From assembly GCA_017506175.1 (NCBI GenBank), contig JAFVNW010000009.1, positions 2,754-66,753 of the forward strand: a stretch of DNA of 64,000 nt, given 5' to 3'. The position numbers and the translations under genes are program-made. This document shows, in pieces, positions 48,787 through 58,794 of the stretch. The first letter of the stretch is position 1. Each line of letters opens with the position of its first letter. Origin of the DNA: Bacteroidales bacterium. Lineage in GTDB: Bacteria > Bacteroidota > Bacteroidia > Bacteroidales > WCHB1-69. The notes under the pieces were generated by a model. That model saw only the letters and a list, made by a program, of their open reading frames with translations. It did no database searches and was not told the origin of the DNA.

Positions 48787-49653
48787 TTATTTCTTTGAAC
48801 AATTCGTGCAAGGATTGTTTGGGCGTTCCTCGCGGGGAGGGAGTTTTTCGAGGAAATCCACGGTTTTATCAGCGATCGCCTCAAATGCCTTGAAAATTTC
48901 CTCATTGGTGGTGGAAAGCAGGCAATCCTGGTTTTCAATTTCCTCAACATCTTGAATCAGAGGGATTTGAGCTAAGAGTTGGGTATGGAATTCATCCGCT
49001 AATTTTTGCCCGCCCCCCTTACCGAAGAGCAGATATTTTTCAGTCGGATGCTCTTTGGGGGTGAACCAGGACATATTTTCCACGATGCCTATGAGTGGCA
49101 CGTTCATCTTGTCGGCTGAAAACATTTCGGCGCCCTTACGGGCATCGTTCACGGCGAGCACTTGCGGAGTGGTTACCACGATGGCGCCATCGACCTCGAA
49201 CTGCTGCATCGTGGAGATTTGGATGTCGCCGGTTCCAGGAGGGAAATCAACCACAAGGTAATCAAGTTCGCCCCACTGGGTTTTGGAAAATAGCTGTGAG
49301 AGGGCGCCAGCAGCCATCGGTCCCCGCCAGATAACCGCCTGCTTGTTGTCAACCAGAAGTCCGAGGGAAATGATCTTCATCCCGTATTTTTCAACTGGAA
49401 CGAGGTATTCCTCTTCACCTACATAAGTTGCATCAACTGGTTGGCCTTCAATTCCAAACATTTTGTGGATGGAAGGTCCGTAGATGTCAGCGTCGAGAAC
49501 GCCCACGCGATAGCCCTGTTTGGCCAGGGAGAGAGCGAGATTCGCCGTTACTGTAGATTTGCCCACACCGCCCTTGCCGGAAGCGACGACGACGATGTTG
49601 TGGATGTTTTCCAATTTAGTCCTTTTCAGTGCACAATTTTCATCACAAGCCAT
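48787..49653 (-). CDS. apbC: Mrp/NBP35 (ApbC) family Fe-S cluster carrier ATPase
   Basis: VASGKGGVGKST Walker A and DFPPGTGD motif. Start taken as ATG 49653 (MACDENC...). The ORF-track start at 49722 would add 23 low-complexity residues. Confidence 0.8.
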   Translation of the reverse strand: MACDENCALKRTKLENIHNIVVVASGKGGVGKSTVTANLALSLAKQGYRVGVLDADIYGPSIHKMFGIEGQPVDATYVGEEEYLVPVEKYGMKIISLGLLVDNKQAVIWRGPMAAGALSQLFSKTQWGELDYLVVDFPPGTGDIQISTMQQFEVDGAIVVTTPQVLAVNDARKGAEMFSADKMNVPLIGIVENMSWFTPKEHPTEKYLLFGKGGGQKLADEFHTQLLAQIPLIQDVEEIENQDCLLSTTNEEIFKAFEAIADKTVDFLEKLPPREERPNNPCTNCSKK

Positions 49654-49756
49654 GGTTGTTTTGTTTAATCGTTGATTGTTTTGTTTATTCGTTGATTCGC
49701 TTATCTGCTGACAATAAAGCATTTGACCAGTAACAAGAAAACCTATAAAAAGTTTG

Positions 49757-49764
49757 CAAATATA
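49757..49764 (-). promoter_or_regulatory. Putative -7 promoter box (TAnnTTTG) for the mrp-like gene
   Basis: The plus strand reads CAAATATA, which is TATATTTG on the minus strand. Confidence 0.4.
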
Positions 49765-49867
49765 CGATATTTTTGGGGAAAATCACATCAAGAATTCAAA
49801 GGACGATATCAATGTTGAAATCGTAAAAAAAAATAAACAAAAGCAGCTTTGGATAAGAAAAAAAACG

Positions 49868-49875
49868 TAAATTTG
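49868..49875 (+). promoter_or_regulatory. Putative -7 promoter box (TAnnTTTG) for atpD
   Basis: TAAATTTG, 58 nt upstream of ATG 49933. Confidence 0.45.
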
Positions 49876-49908
49876 CAGCCGCTAAATTTGTACGAGAATA
49901 CAAAATAA

Positions 49909-51438
<1,530 letters not shown>

Positions 51439-51446
51439 CAGCCACC

Positions 51447-51683
51447 ATGAATCTAGAAATAATTACACCCGACAAAGAGTTATACAAGGGCGAAGCCTCC
51501 TTAGTCCAACTTCCTGGCATTGACGGCCTGTTTGAAGTGCTGAACAACCATGCCCCGCTGATTTCTGCATTAAAGGCTGGTAAGGTGAAAATCTCCGATG
51601 GACAGCAGCAAACCCGTTTTTTCGACATTAACGGAGGCGTTGTGGAAGTCTTGGAAAACAAGGTCTTAGTTCTGGCTGAATAA
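51447..51683 (+). CDS. atpC: F-type ATP synthase subunit epsilon (short form, beta-sandwich only)
   Basis: 78 aa. Its position directly after atpD and its N-terminal sandwich-domain sequence support the call. It lacks the C-terminal helical hairpin. Confidence 0.8.
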   Translation: MNLEIITPDKELYKGEASLVQLPGIDGLFEVLNNHAPLISALKAGKVKISDGQQQTRFFDINGGVVEVLENKVLVLAE

Positions 51684-52357
51684 TGAACGTCTCAATCTAT
51701 ATCTTGCAAGGTGCGAAAACATCACTGATTCATTGGCTTCATGAACAAGGCATCAGCGATGAAAACGTGCTCCAAGCCTTCGACAAGATTGAACGACACA
51801 AATTTATAGAAGACACGATTTTATGGGATAGGGCGTATGAGAATACGCCCCTTCCTATTGGTTGCAATCAAACTATCTCGCAGCCGATTACGGTCGCATT
51901 CCAATCGCAACTTCTTCAAATCCAAAAGGATGACAAAGTTTTGGAAATCGGGACCGGCTCAGGGTTTCAAGCTGCAATCCTCTCGGCAATGGGCGCCAAA
52001 GTGTTCACCATTGAGCGACAAATCGAACTGTTCAGGAAAACTCGTTCCCTATTGACAAAAAAAATGCAAATCCCCGACATAAAATTCTTCTATGGAGACG
52101 GTTTTGAAGGACTGCCCGCTAAAGCCCCTTTCGATAAAATAATCGTCACCTGCGGAGCACCTAACATCCCAGCCAAGCTATTAAACCAACTCAAAATCAA
52201 TGGAATCATGGTAATTCCCGTCGGCGAAAACACTCAAGAGATGAAACGCATCACCAAGGTCAGCGAAGACCAATACAAGGACGAGTCCTTCGGAGAATTC
52301 AGATTTGTACCGATGCTCCAAAATATGGTGAAATACAATCAAAATGGAATAATATAG
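51683..52357 (+). CDS. pcm: Protein-L-isoaspartate O-methyltransferase
   Basis: 224 aa. TISQP motif and SAM motif VLEIGTGSGFQAA. Confidence 0.85.
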   Translation: MNVSIYILQGAKTSLIHWLHEQGISDENVLQAFDKIERHKFIEDTILWDRAYENTPLPIGCNQTISQPITVAFQSQLLQIQKDDKVLEIGTGSGFQAAILSAMGAKVFTIERQIELFRKTRSLLTKKMQIPDIKFFYGDGFEGLPAKAPFDKIIVTCGAPNIPAKLLNQLKINGIMVIPVGENTQEMKRITKVSEDQYKDESFGEFRFVPMLQNMVKYNQNGII

Positions 52358-52440
52358 CTTAGAATCTTTCAAAAAATTAAACCCGGACGGTTTTATTGGT
52401 CTAAGCATCGTTTTTTATTAACCCTAAATTTTTTTGAATC

Positions 52441-52839
52441 ATGAAAAAATTATTCTTGACCACGGCAATCCTGTTCTTCTCTTTTGCAGTTATGGCACAA
52501 CAGCCCGTAAAAAATCAACCCGCTCAAACGAAAACAACGACGACGCAACTGAAAACTACTCCCCAACAAAAACCAGCTGACACCAAACAAGCTTCTCCGG
52601 CAGCCAGCAAACAAACCCCCACTAAAACTACTACTACCGCCAAGACTACAGCCCCTGCCAAAACTACTGCTCCCGCCAAAACCACAGCCCCTGCTAAAAC
52701 TACTACCCCTGCAAAAACCACTGCTCCCGCCAAAACTACTGCCCCTGCTAAAACCACTGCTCCCGCCAAAACCACAGCCCCTGCTAAAACTACTGCCCCT
52801 GCTAAAACCACTGCTCCCGCCAACAAGACTGCAAAATAA
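52441..52839 (+). CDS. Small secreted low-complexity protein with (AKTTAP)n repeats
   Basis: 132 aa with signal peptide MKKLFLTTAILFFSFAVMAQQ. The rest is T/A/P/K/Q only. Confidence 0.6.
   Translation: MKKLFLTTAILFFSFAVMAQQPVKNQPAQTKTTTTQLKTTPQQKPADTKQASPAASKQTPTKTTTTAKTTAPAKTTAPAKTTAPAKTTTPAKTTAPAKTTAPAKTTAPAKTTAPAKTTAPAKTTAPANKTAK
52639..52818 (+). repeat. 18-nt coding tandem repeat x10 (AKTTAP), with a 90-nt higher-order duplication
   Basis: Read directly. Ten consecutive 18-nt units. The string TCCCGCCAAAACCACAGCCCCTGCTAAAACTACT recurs at 52671 and 52761. Confidence 0.9.
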
Positions 52840-52857
52840 TCTAATTATCAAACATAT

Positions 52858-52887
52858 AAGGCTACCATCCTGATGATAGCCTTTTTT
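52858..52887 (+). terminator. Hairpin + T-run after the repeat-protein gene
   Basis: AAGGCTACCATC, loop CT, GATGATAGCCTT (11 of 12 paired), followed by TTTT. Confidence 0.55.
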
Positions 52888-52894
52888 GTATCTT

Positions 52895-53743
52895 ATGAAA
52901 AAAGTATTATTCATCATCGGATTGGCATTCCTTTTGGAATTTGCCTCCGCGCAACCCATCGGAAATCGCGGACCCGGACACGGGAACGCTTCGCTCATCA
53001 TCACATCGCAGAATTTCGAGCAGTTCTGGTTATATATCAACGACAAACTACAAAACATGCAGCCCACATCGTCAATCTGCGTGAGTGGTCTGCGCGCCGA
53101 CACCTACGATATTGCCATCGTGATGTCGAACAACGAATCGGCCATGGAGGTTTCACTAAACCCACAAAACAACAATTTTCTAATTGATTATACTCCCCGC
53201 GGGAACAAAATATTCCTGAAGCATGTGAATTTCAACATCTTGGCTGATGAGACCATAAACTACTTGCCCAATGGCGTACCCAATTGGGGGCAGAATAGCA
53301 ATCCTTCCCCAAATCATGGACATGGACACGGACAAGGCGGGCATCACCCGGTTCCGCAATCTCAGAATAATCCGACACCCCTGCCTCCCCCACAGCAACA
53401 ACCCGTCATTGTGGAAATGCCAGTTCCTGAGCCAGCGCCGGCAATGCCCGTGCCGCAAGCCTGCTCACCAGAAAAGTTCTCACAGATCAAGAACATGGTC
53501 AGCCAGCAGGCATTTGAAGACGACAAGATGGGGGTAGCAAAGCAGGCCACACGCAACACTTTTCTGTCTGTCAACCAAATAATCGAAATTGCCAAGCTGT
53601 TCAGCTTCGAAGACAACAGGCTGGACTATTTGAAGTTCGCGTACGACCATTGTTTTGACCGTGAAAACTACTACCTTGCCAATTCAGTCCTCACATACAA
53701 ATCATCCAAAGAAGAGTTGAACGATTTCTTACTCAATAAGTAG
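52895..53743 (+). CDS. DUF4476 domain protein (secreted) with His/Gly and Pro/Gln-rich linker
   Basis: Signal peptide MKKVLFIIGLAFLLEFASAQ. C-terminal FEDDKMGVAKQA...FSFEDNRLDYLKFAYDHC matches my memory of DUF4476. Start set to ATG 52895. Confidence 0.6.
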   Translation: MKKVLFIIGLAFLLEFASAQPIGNRGPGHGNASLIITSQNFEQFWLYINDKLQNMQPTSSICVSGLRADTYDIAIVMSNNESAMEVSLNPQNNNFLIDYTPRGNKIFLKHVNFNILADETINYLPNGVPNWGQNSNPSPNHGHGHGQGGHHPVPQSQNNPTPLPPPQQQPVIVEMPVPEPAPAMPVPQACSPEKFSQIKNMVSQQAFEDDKMGVAKQATRNTFLSVNQIIEIAKLFSFEDNRLDYLKFAYDHCFDRENYYLANSVLTYKSSKEELNDFLLNK

Positions 53744-53767
53744 GGATTGGTAAATAAAAAATCACAA

Positions 53768-53798
53768 AAGCCTTGAAGCAATTCCGTTTCAAGGCTTT
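53768..53798. terminator. Bidirectional hairpin between convergent genes, overlapping the pnuC-like stop codon
   Basis: AAAGCCTTGAA (53768-53778) pairs with TTCAAGGCTTT (53788-53798). It is flanked by an A-run on one side and a T-run on the other. Confidence 0.6.
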
Positions 53799-54538
53799 TT
53801 TTGATTGAAAAGGGGTTTCAACCAACCATAATTCTCCTTAGGCGTTTGGCGAATCCAAGAGACGCAAACAGCTGTATTCACAATAAAAAAGACAATATAC
53901 AAAATAAAAGTCGGCCAGATTGCTGAGACGGAAAACTGCACCAGACCAGCCAGCGAGTAAAGCACCCACAAATACCAAGTATCCGTTTTCTTCTTAATAA
54001 TCAATACGTTGCACAACACGCTTGTAGCCACAATGATCGCACTCATCGCCACTACTAAACAACTGCCTTCATGAGGTAATAGGAAAATATCGGCACAGAA
54101 CAGAACGACAAACACCAAAAGCATGACCACAAGGCCTTTCAAACTCAGAAAAGAAGGGTTAAAAGGTTCTGTTTCAGACTTCTTGCTGTTTTTAAGCCAA
54201 ATGGAAAAGGTCAAAACCTGACATGGCACGAAAACGAACAGATAGAGAATGGCCAAATCATAGAAATGTTGGAGATAGAATTGCCAACTGAGCAGCACAG
54301 CCATTACAATACCCAACAAAATGGCAAAATAGTTGTTAGGATTACGCACCGCCAAGATGTAAGAAGTGCCTATCCATGAAGCGATTAGGGAAAGAAGGTC
54401 ATGGTTTTCGGGATTGCCGACATCCAAGAACCCCGGCATCAACAATTTCAGCGACAGCCCGACAACTACAAAAATGGCTGTCGAAATCAACGTGCTAACA
54501 AGAATTTCCTTGAGCAAAGCGGAAGATGTATGCTTCAT
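53789..54538 (-). CDS. PnuC-like nicotinamide riboside transporter family membrane protein
   Basis: 249 aa with 7-8 TM segments. Two internally similar halves with conserved W/N positions, as I recall for PnuC. Tentative. Confidence 0.45.
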   Translation of the reverse strand: MKHTSSALLKEILVSTLISTAIFVVVGLSLKLLMPGFLDVGNPENHDLLSLIASWIGTSYILAVRNPNNYFAILLGIVMAVLLSWQFYLQHFYDLAILYLFVFVPCQVLTFSIWLKNSKKSETEPFNPSFLSLKGLVVMLLVFVVLFCADIFLLPHEGSCLVVAMSAIIVATSVLCNVLIIKKKTDTWYLWVLYSLAGLVQFSVSAIWPTFILYIVFFIVNTAVCVSWIRQTPKENYGWLKPLFNQKKP

Positions 54539-54539
54539 G

Positions 54540-55889
54540 CTAATTCAATAATTTATCCGCCAATTCTTCAAAAACGATACCGCCAAAATTACCCGAACTC
54601 ATCAAAAGATAGACTGTTTTATCTGGTTTGATTTGGCATAAGCGCGACCGGAGCTGATCCGGAGTTGTAAAGACTTCCAGATCGGGACGGGCAAATGCGT
54701 TATAGACCATTTCTTTTGTTATTGGAGGCAGCTTCTTGTGTTCCACCGCTTTAGGTTCAAAAAAGATGATTGCGGTATCAGCGGTGTCCATCACATGCTG
54801 GTACTGGCACAGGAAAGCCTCCGAAAGACTGCTGAAGGTATGCAACTCCATACAAGCGATGAGTTTATGCGTTGGATATTGCTCGCGCACAGCCTGGATG
54901 GTTGCGCGAAGTTTTGATGGAGAATGTGCGAAATCCTTGTAAACCAGTCCCTTGTCATTTTTCAAGACCAATTCCAAACGCTTGGAAGCACCTTTGAAGG
55001 ACTGAATGGCCTCATAAAACTGTTCGTCGCTGACCCCGACTTCGCGACAGGCAAGGCGCGCCGCATTCAAGTTCGACATATTATGCTTGCCAAAGATGCA
55101 CAAGGGGACATCCCCCTTCGGGGTCTGCAAATAGGAAATCCCGTCATGAATGGCATACGGATGCACGGAATAGGGTTCCGCGATTTCGCCGCCTATCTCC
55201 TCCCCAACCTTTCTAACATTCTCATCGTCAGCACAATAGATAAAACGCTTGTCAATCATTTTGGCAAAAATGCGGAACTGCTCCACGTAAATATCAAAAG
55301 TGGGGAAAACATTAATGTGATCCCAGGCAATGCCGCTGACGATTCCCACATTGGGTCGATACAAGTGGAATTTAGGGCGGCGATCGATAGGTGAAGTGAG
55401 GTACTCATCACCCTCCATCACCATAATCTTGGCATCATGCGACAATTTCACCATCACTTCAAAGCCTGCCAATTGGGCACCGACCATGTAATCGCAGTTA
55501 ATATGATGATATTGTAGCACGTGCAGAATCATCGCGGTGATGGTAGTCTTGCCGTGACTGCCACCAACAACGATGCGCAATTTGTCCTTACTCTGCTCAT
55601 ACAAGAACTCGGGATAAGAGTAAATTTTGAGTCCCAATGTCTTGGCTTTCAGCAATTCCGGATTGTCGGCACGGGCGTGCATTCCCAAAATGACAGCATC
55701 CAGTGATGCATTGATTTTATCAGGATTCCAACCGATTGCGTCTGGAAGAAGTCCGTATTTTCCCAACCGACTTTTTGCAGGATCAAAAATTTCATCATCG
55801 GAGCCGGTCACCTCGTATCCTTTCAGATGCAGCGCGATGGCCAAATTGTGCATAGCACTCCCGCCAATGGCAATAAAATGAATTTTCAT
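54540..55889 (-). CDS. mpl: UDP-N-acetylmuramate:L-Ala-gamma-D-Glu-meso-DAP ligase (Mur ligase family)
   Basis: 449 aa. MKIHFIAIGGSAMHNLAIAL N-terminus and GSHGKTT P-loop. Confidence 0.8.
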   Translation of the reverse strand: MKIHFIAIGGSAMHNLAIALHLKGYEVTGSDDEIFDPAKSRLGKYGLLPDAIGWNPDKINASLDAVILGMHARADNPELLKAKTLGLKIYSYPEFLYEQSKDKLRIVVGGSHGKTTITAMILHVLQYHHINCDYMVGAQLAGFEVMVKLSHDAKIMVMEGDEYLTSPIDRRPKFHLYRPNVGIVSGIAWDHINVFPTFDIYVEQFRIFAKMIDKRFIYCADDENVRKVGEEIGGEIAEPYSVHPYAIHDGISYLQTPKGDVPLCIFGKHNMSNLNAARLACREVGVSDEQFYEAIQSFKGASKRLELVLKNDKGLVYKDFAHSPSKLRATIQAVREQYPTHKLIACMELHTFSSLSEAFLCQYQHVMDTADTAIIFFEPKAVEHKKLPPITKEMVYNAFARPDLEVFTTPDQLRSRLCQIKPDKTVYLLMSSGNFGGIVFEELADKLLN

Positions 55890-56038
55890 AGTGGATTGTT
55901 TTATTGATTATGTCCCCAATACGCCCTTCTCAATTATAATGATGCGTGAACTGCCACTTGAAATGTGAAAAACTATACAATTCAGCTCACATTGAAGTCG
56001 GGTGGTATTTTTTCGGATGCCATGTTATAATTATCACG

Positions 56039-56046
56039 CAAAAGTA
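56039..56046 (-). promoter_or_regulatory. Putative -7 promoter box (TAnnTTTG) for mpl (about 150-nt leader)
   Basis: The plus strand reads CAAAAGTA. Confidence 0.35.
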
Positions 56047-56206
56047 ATCAAAAAAAATCAAGAATGAATTTCAGGACAAAGAGAATCTTTGAACAATGAA
56101 TTGTGAGTTAGAACGGTCGAAAATGTTTTGAAAGGCTACGAAAACCGCATTAAATAATACAAAAAAAAACGATTTATTATTGCTTCAGGGATTAGGAAAA
56201 AAATTG

Positions 56207-56214
56207 TAACTTTG
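56207..56214 (+). promoter_or_regulatory. Putative -7 promoter box (TAnnTTTG) for the barrel/DUF5689 operon
   Basis: TAACTTTG, 32 nt upstream of ATG 56246. Confidence 0.45.
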
Positions 56215-56245
56215 CTGCTTGAATTTCTAATAAAAAAAAGGCGAT

Positions 56246-58780
56246 ATGAAGAAATACCTATTGTCACTATTTCTCATTCTAATTATTTGTGTACCAGCAT
56301 TTTCGCAGGTTCAGAAGGAGAAAACCCCCAAGGACAAAAGCGCAAATGATTCCACCAATGTCAATCAGGAATATTCGGAAGAGACTGTTTTCGACAGTGA
56401 AAACTTGGATGATGCGGAGTCCAACACTGGCGGTTTTGTTCCGGGGCTGCTTCACTCATCAAAGGATGTCTATACCAATAACACCTCCTATGCCTTCGGG
56501 ATTTCTTATTTCAAGAACCGCGGCTATGACTCTAAGTATCAGACGATTGCCATCAATGGAATTGAAATGGAGAATGCCGTTTCCGGACGAGCGAGCTATT
56601 CGCAGTGGGGCGGCTTGAACAATGTTTTCAAATGGCCGGAGAACGTGCTGAACCTGAACCCCGCGACCTTTGTTTTCGGCGACATCGGCGGAAGCACCAA
56701 CTACAGCACACGCGCCTCCTCCTATCGCAAACAGATTAAGGCAACCTACTCATTATCAAATAGAAGTTACAACAACCGTTTGATGCTCACCTACGCCACC
56801 GGTCTGCTAAAGAACGGCTGGTCAGTCGCTGCTTGCGCCTCCACACGCTTCGGCAGTGCCTTGAACTACGTTGACGGCAGCTCCTACACCGGCTACAGCT
56901 ATTTTCTCTCTGCCGAAAAACGCTTCAACAGCGAGCACGCCCTCAACCTTTCAGTTTGGGGAGCCCCTGTGAAGAAGAGCTTGCAAGGCAACTCCACGCA
57001 GGAGGTTTACGACCTGACCGGCGACCACTACTACAACGCGAATTGGGGATGGTACGATGGCAAGAAGCGCAACGCTCGCATCCGCGACACGCACGAACCG
57101 GTCATCCTTCTCTCACATTATTATACCCCACAAAACAACAAGCTACAGATTACCAGCAACTTGATGACCAGCTTCGGCCGTCAGAGCACCACCTCACTGA
57201 ACTGGGCCGACGTTCCAGATCCACGCCCCGACTACTACAGATATCTGCCCAGCTATTTCGCTGACGACCCAGCTATGCAAGCCTATTACACCCAACAATG
57301 GCTCACCAATGAGGATTTCCGCCAACTCGACTGGAATCACATGTACGAGGTCAACCAACTGGCCGCCAACATGCACGAGCAATCCCAATACATCATTGAA
57401 AACCGCGTCATCGACCATTTCCAAATGGCCGGATCCTCGAACGTGATTGTCAACCTGGCCGACCACATTAAACTGATGGGAGGCATTGACATTCGAGGCT
57501 ACCATCAACGCAACTACAAGACAATCAATGATTTACTCGGTGGTGAATATTGGTTGAACGAGGACAAATACGCTGACGGTGAGTCGCCAGACAACCCATA
57601 CCTGCTCTACGACGACCTTGACAACATCGGCGCTCATTTAGGGGTGGGCGACAAGTTCGGATACGACTACGCCTACAATATTTATAAGCAGATGATTTGG
57701 GCAACTGCCAAATTCTCCTACAAACACATTGATTTCCATGTTGGACTTAACGGCAATGTCACAGAAATGTGGCGCACTGGCTACATGCGCAATGGTCGTT
57801 TCCCCGACAACTCGCAAGGCAACTCCGAGAAGAAGATACTCCCCAACTTCGGCACAAAAGCCGGCATCACCTATAAAATAAATGGTCGTAACTACTTGGT
57901 ACTCAACGGACAATACCAAACCGTCGCCCCGAGCATTATGGAAGCCTTCATCAGTCCGACCATCCGCAACGACTATGTCGCCGGTTTGAAGAACGAAAAA
58001 GACATGAGTGCCGACCTGACCTACATCATGAATTACCCGATTGTGAAACTGAGAGTGTCGGCCTTCTACTGCAAGTTCAAGGACGTGACCGACCAGTTCA
58101 GCTTCTACCACGACGACTACGGGAGCTTCGTCAACTACGCGATGACCGGCATTGACAAACGCAACATGGGCGTTGAAATGGGCATTGAGTTCAAGCTCGG
58201 CTCCATGTTCACCCTTGCCTTGGCAGGCACCTACGGCGACTACATCTACACCAACCGCCCGAATGTAACCATCACTGCCGATAACGGTTACGACGTTCTC
58301 GGTAACGGACAGTCGCAATACACGGAGCAAGTTTATTGGAAGAATTTCCACGTTGCCGGCTCCCCTCAACTGGCTGGGACCATCGGGCTGAAATTCAACT
58401 ATAAATATTGGTTCGTCAACATCAGCGCCAACTATTTCGACAAAATTTATGCCGATATGAATCCTGAAAGAAGAACGAGCGCTGCTCGCGGCACGCTGAG
58501 CACCAGTTCCGAAATCTATCAACAGATGATTGCCCAAGAGAGACTCAAAGGGCAGTTCACAATGGACGCCTCCATCGGCAAATCGTGGAAAATCCATCGC
58601 AACACCATCGGCTTCAACCTGAGCGTGACCAACCTCACCAACAACAAAAACCTCGTGACCTCTGCATGGGAACAGCGCCGCTTCGACTACAACGAGTACA
58701 ACGTGAACAAGTTCCCGAACAAATACTACTACGCACTCGGCACAACCTTCTACCTTGGCATTAATTACACATTCAACTAG
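56246..58780 (+). CDS. Atypical TonB-dependent-receptor-like outer-membrane barrel
   Basis: 844 aa with a signal peptide and an acidic low-complexity segment. Plug-like region (YQTIAINGIEMEN...), then a long alternating-strand barrel rich in Y/N/G. It has no CarboxypepD_reg domain. Confidence 0.6.
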   Translation: MKKYLLSLFLILIICVPAFSQVQKEKTPKDKSANDSTNVNQEYSEETVFDSENLDDAESNTGGFVPGLLHSSKDVYTNNTSYAFGISYFKNRGYDSKYQTIAINGIEMENAVSGRASYSQWGGLNNVFKWPENVLNLNPATFVFGDIGGSTNYSTRASSYRKQIKATYSLSNRSYNNRLMLTYATGLLKNGWSVAACASTRFGSALNYVDGSSYTGYSYFLSAEKRFNSEHALNLSVWGAPVKKSLQGNSTQEVYDLTGDHYYNANWGWYDGKKRNARIRDTHEPVILLSHYYTPQNNKLQITSNLMTSFGRQSTTSLNWADVPDPRPDYYRYLPSYFADDPAMQAYYTQQWLTNEDFRQLDWNHMYEVNQLAANMHEQSQYIIENRVIDHFQMAGSSNVIVNLADHIKLMGGIDIRGYHQRNYKTINDLLGGEYWLNEDKYADGESPDNPYLLYDDLDNIGAHLGVGDKFGYDYAYNIYKQMIWATAKFSYKHIDFHVGLNGNVTEMWRTGYMRNGRFPDNSQGNSEKKILPNFGTKAGITYKINGRNYLVLNGQYQTVAPSIMEAFISPTIRNDYVAGLKNEKDMSADLTYIMNYPIVKLRVSAFYCKFKDVTDQFSFYHDDYGSFVNYAMTGIDKRNMGVEMGIEFKLGSMFTLALAGTYGDYIYTNRPNVTITADNGYDVLGNGQSQYTEQVYWKNFHVAGSPQLAGTIGLKFNYKYWFVNISANYFDKIYADMNPERRTSAARGTLSTSSEIYQQMIAQERLKGQFTMDASIGKSWKIHRNTIGFNLSVTNLTNNKNLVTSAWEQRRFDYNEYNVNKFPNKYYYALGTTFYLGINYTFN

Positions 58781-58794
58781 CAAATTTTCGAATC

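Noticed and set aside
52639-52818. Regular 18-nt repeat array considered as a CRISPR-like or other non-coding repeat
   Set aside because: The units are contiguous with no spacers, they sit in frame inside an ORF with a signal peptide, and there are no cas genes. It is a coding tandem repeat.
52450-53103. 217-aa and 100-aa minus-strand ORFs over the repeat-protein gene and the start of the DUF4476 gene
   Set aside because: This is the antisense frame of the repeat array (G/S/F/R low complexity) and it crosses a terminator hairpin. The plus-strand ORFs have signal peptides and a known domain.
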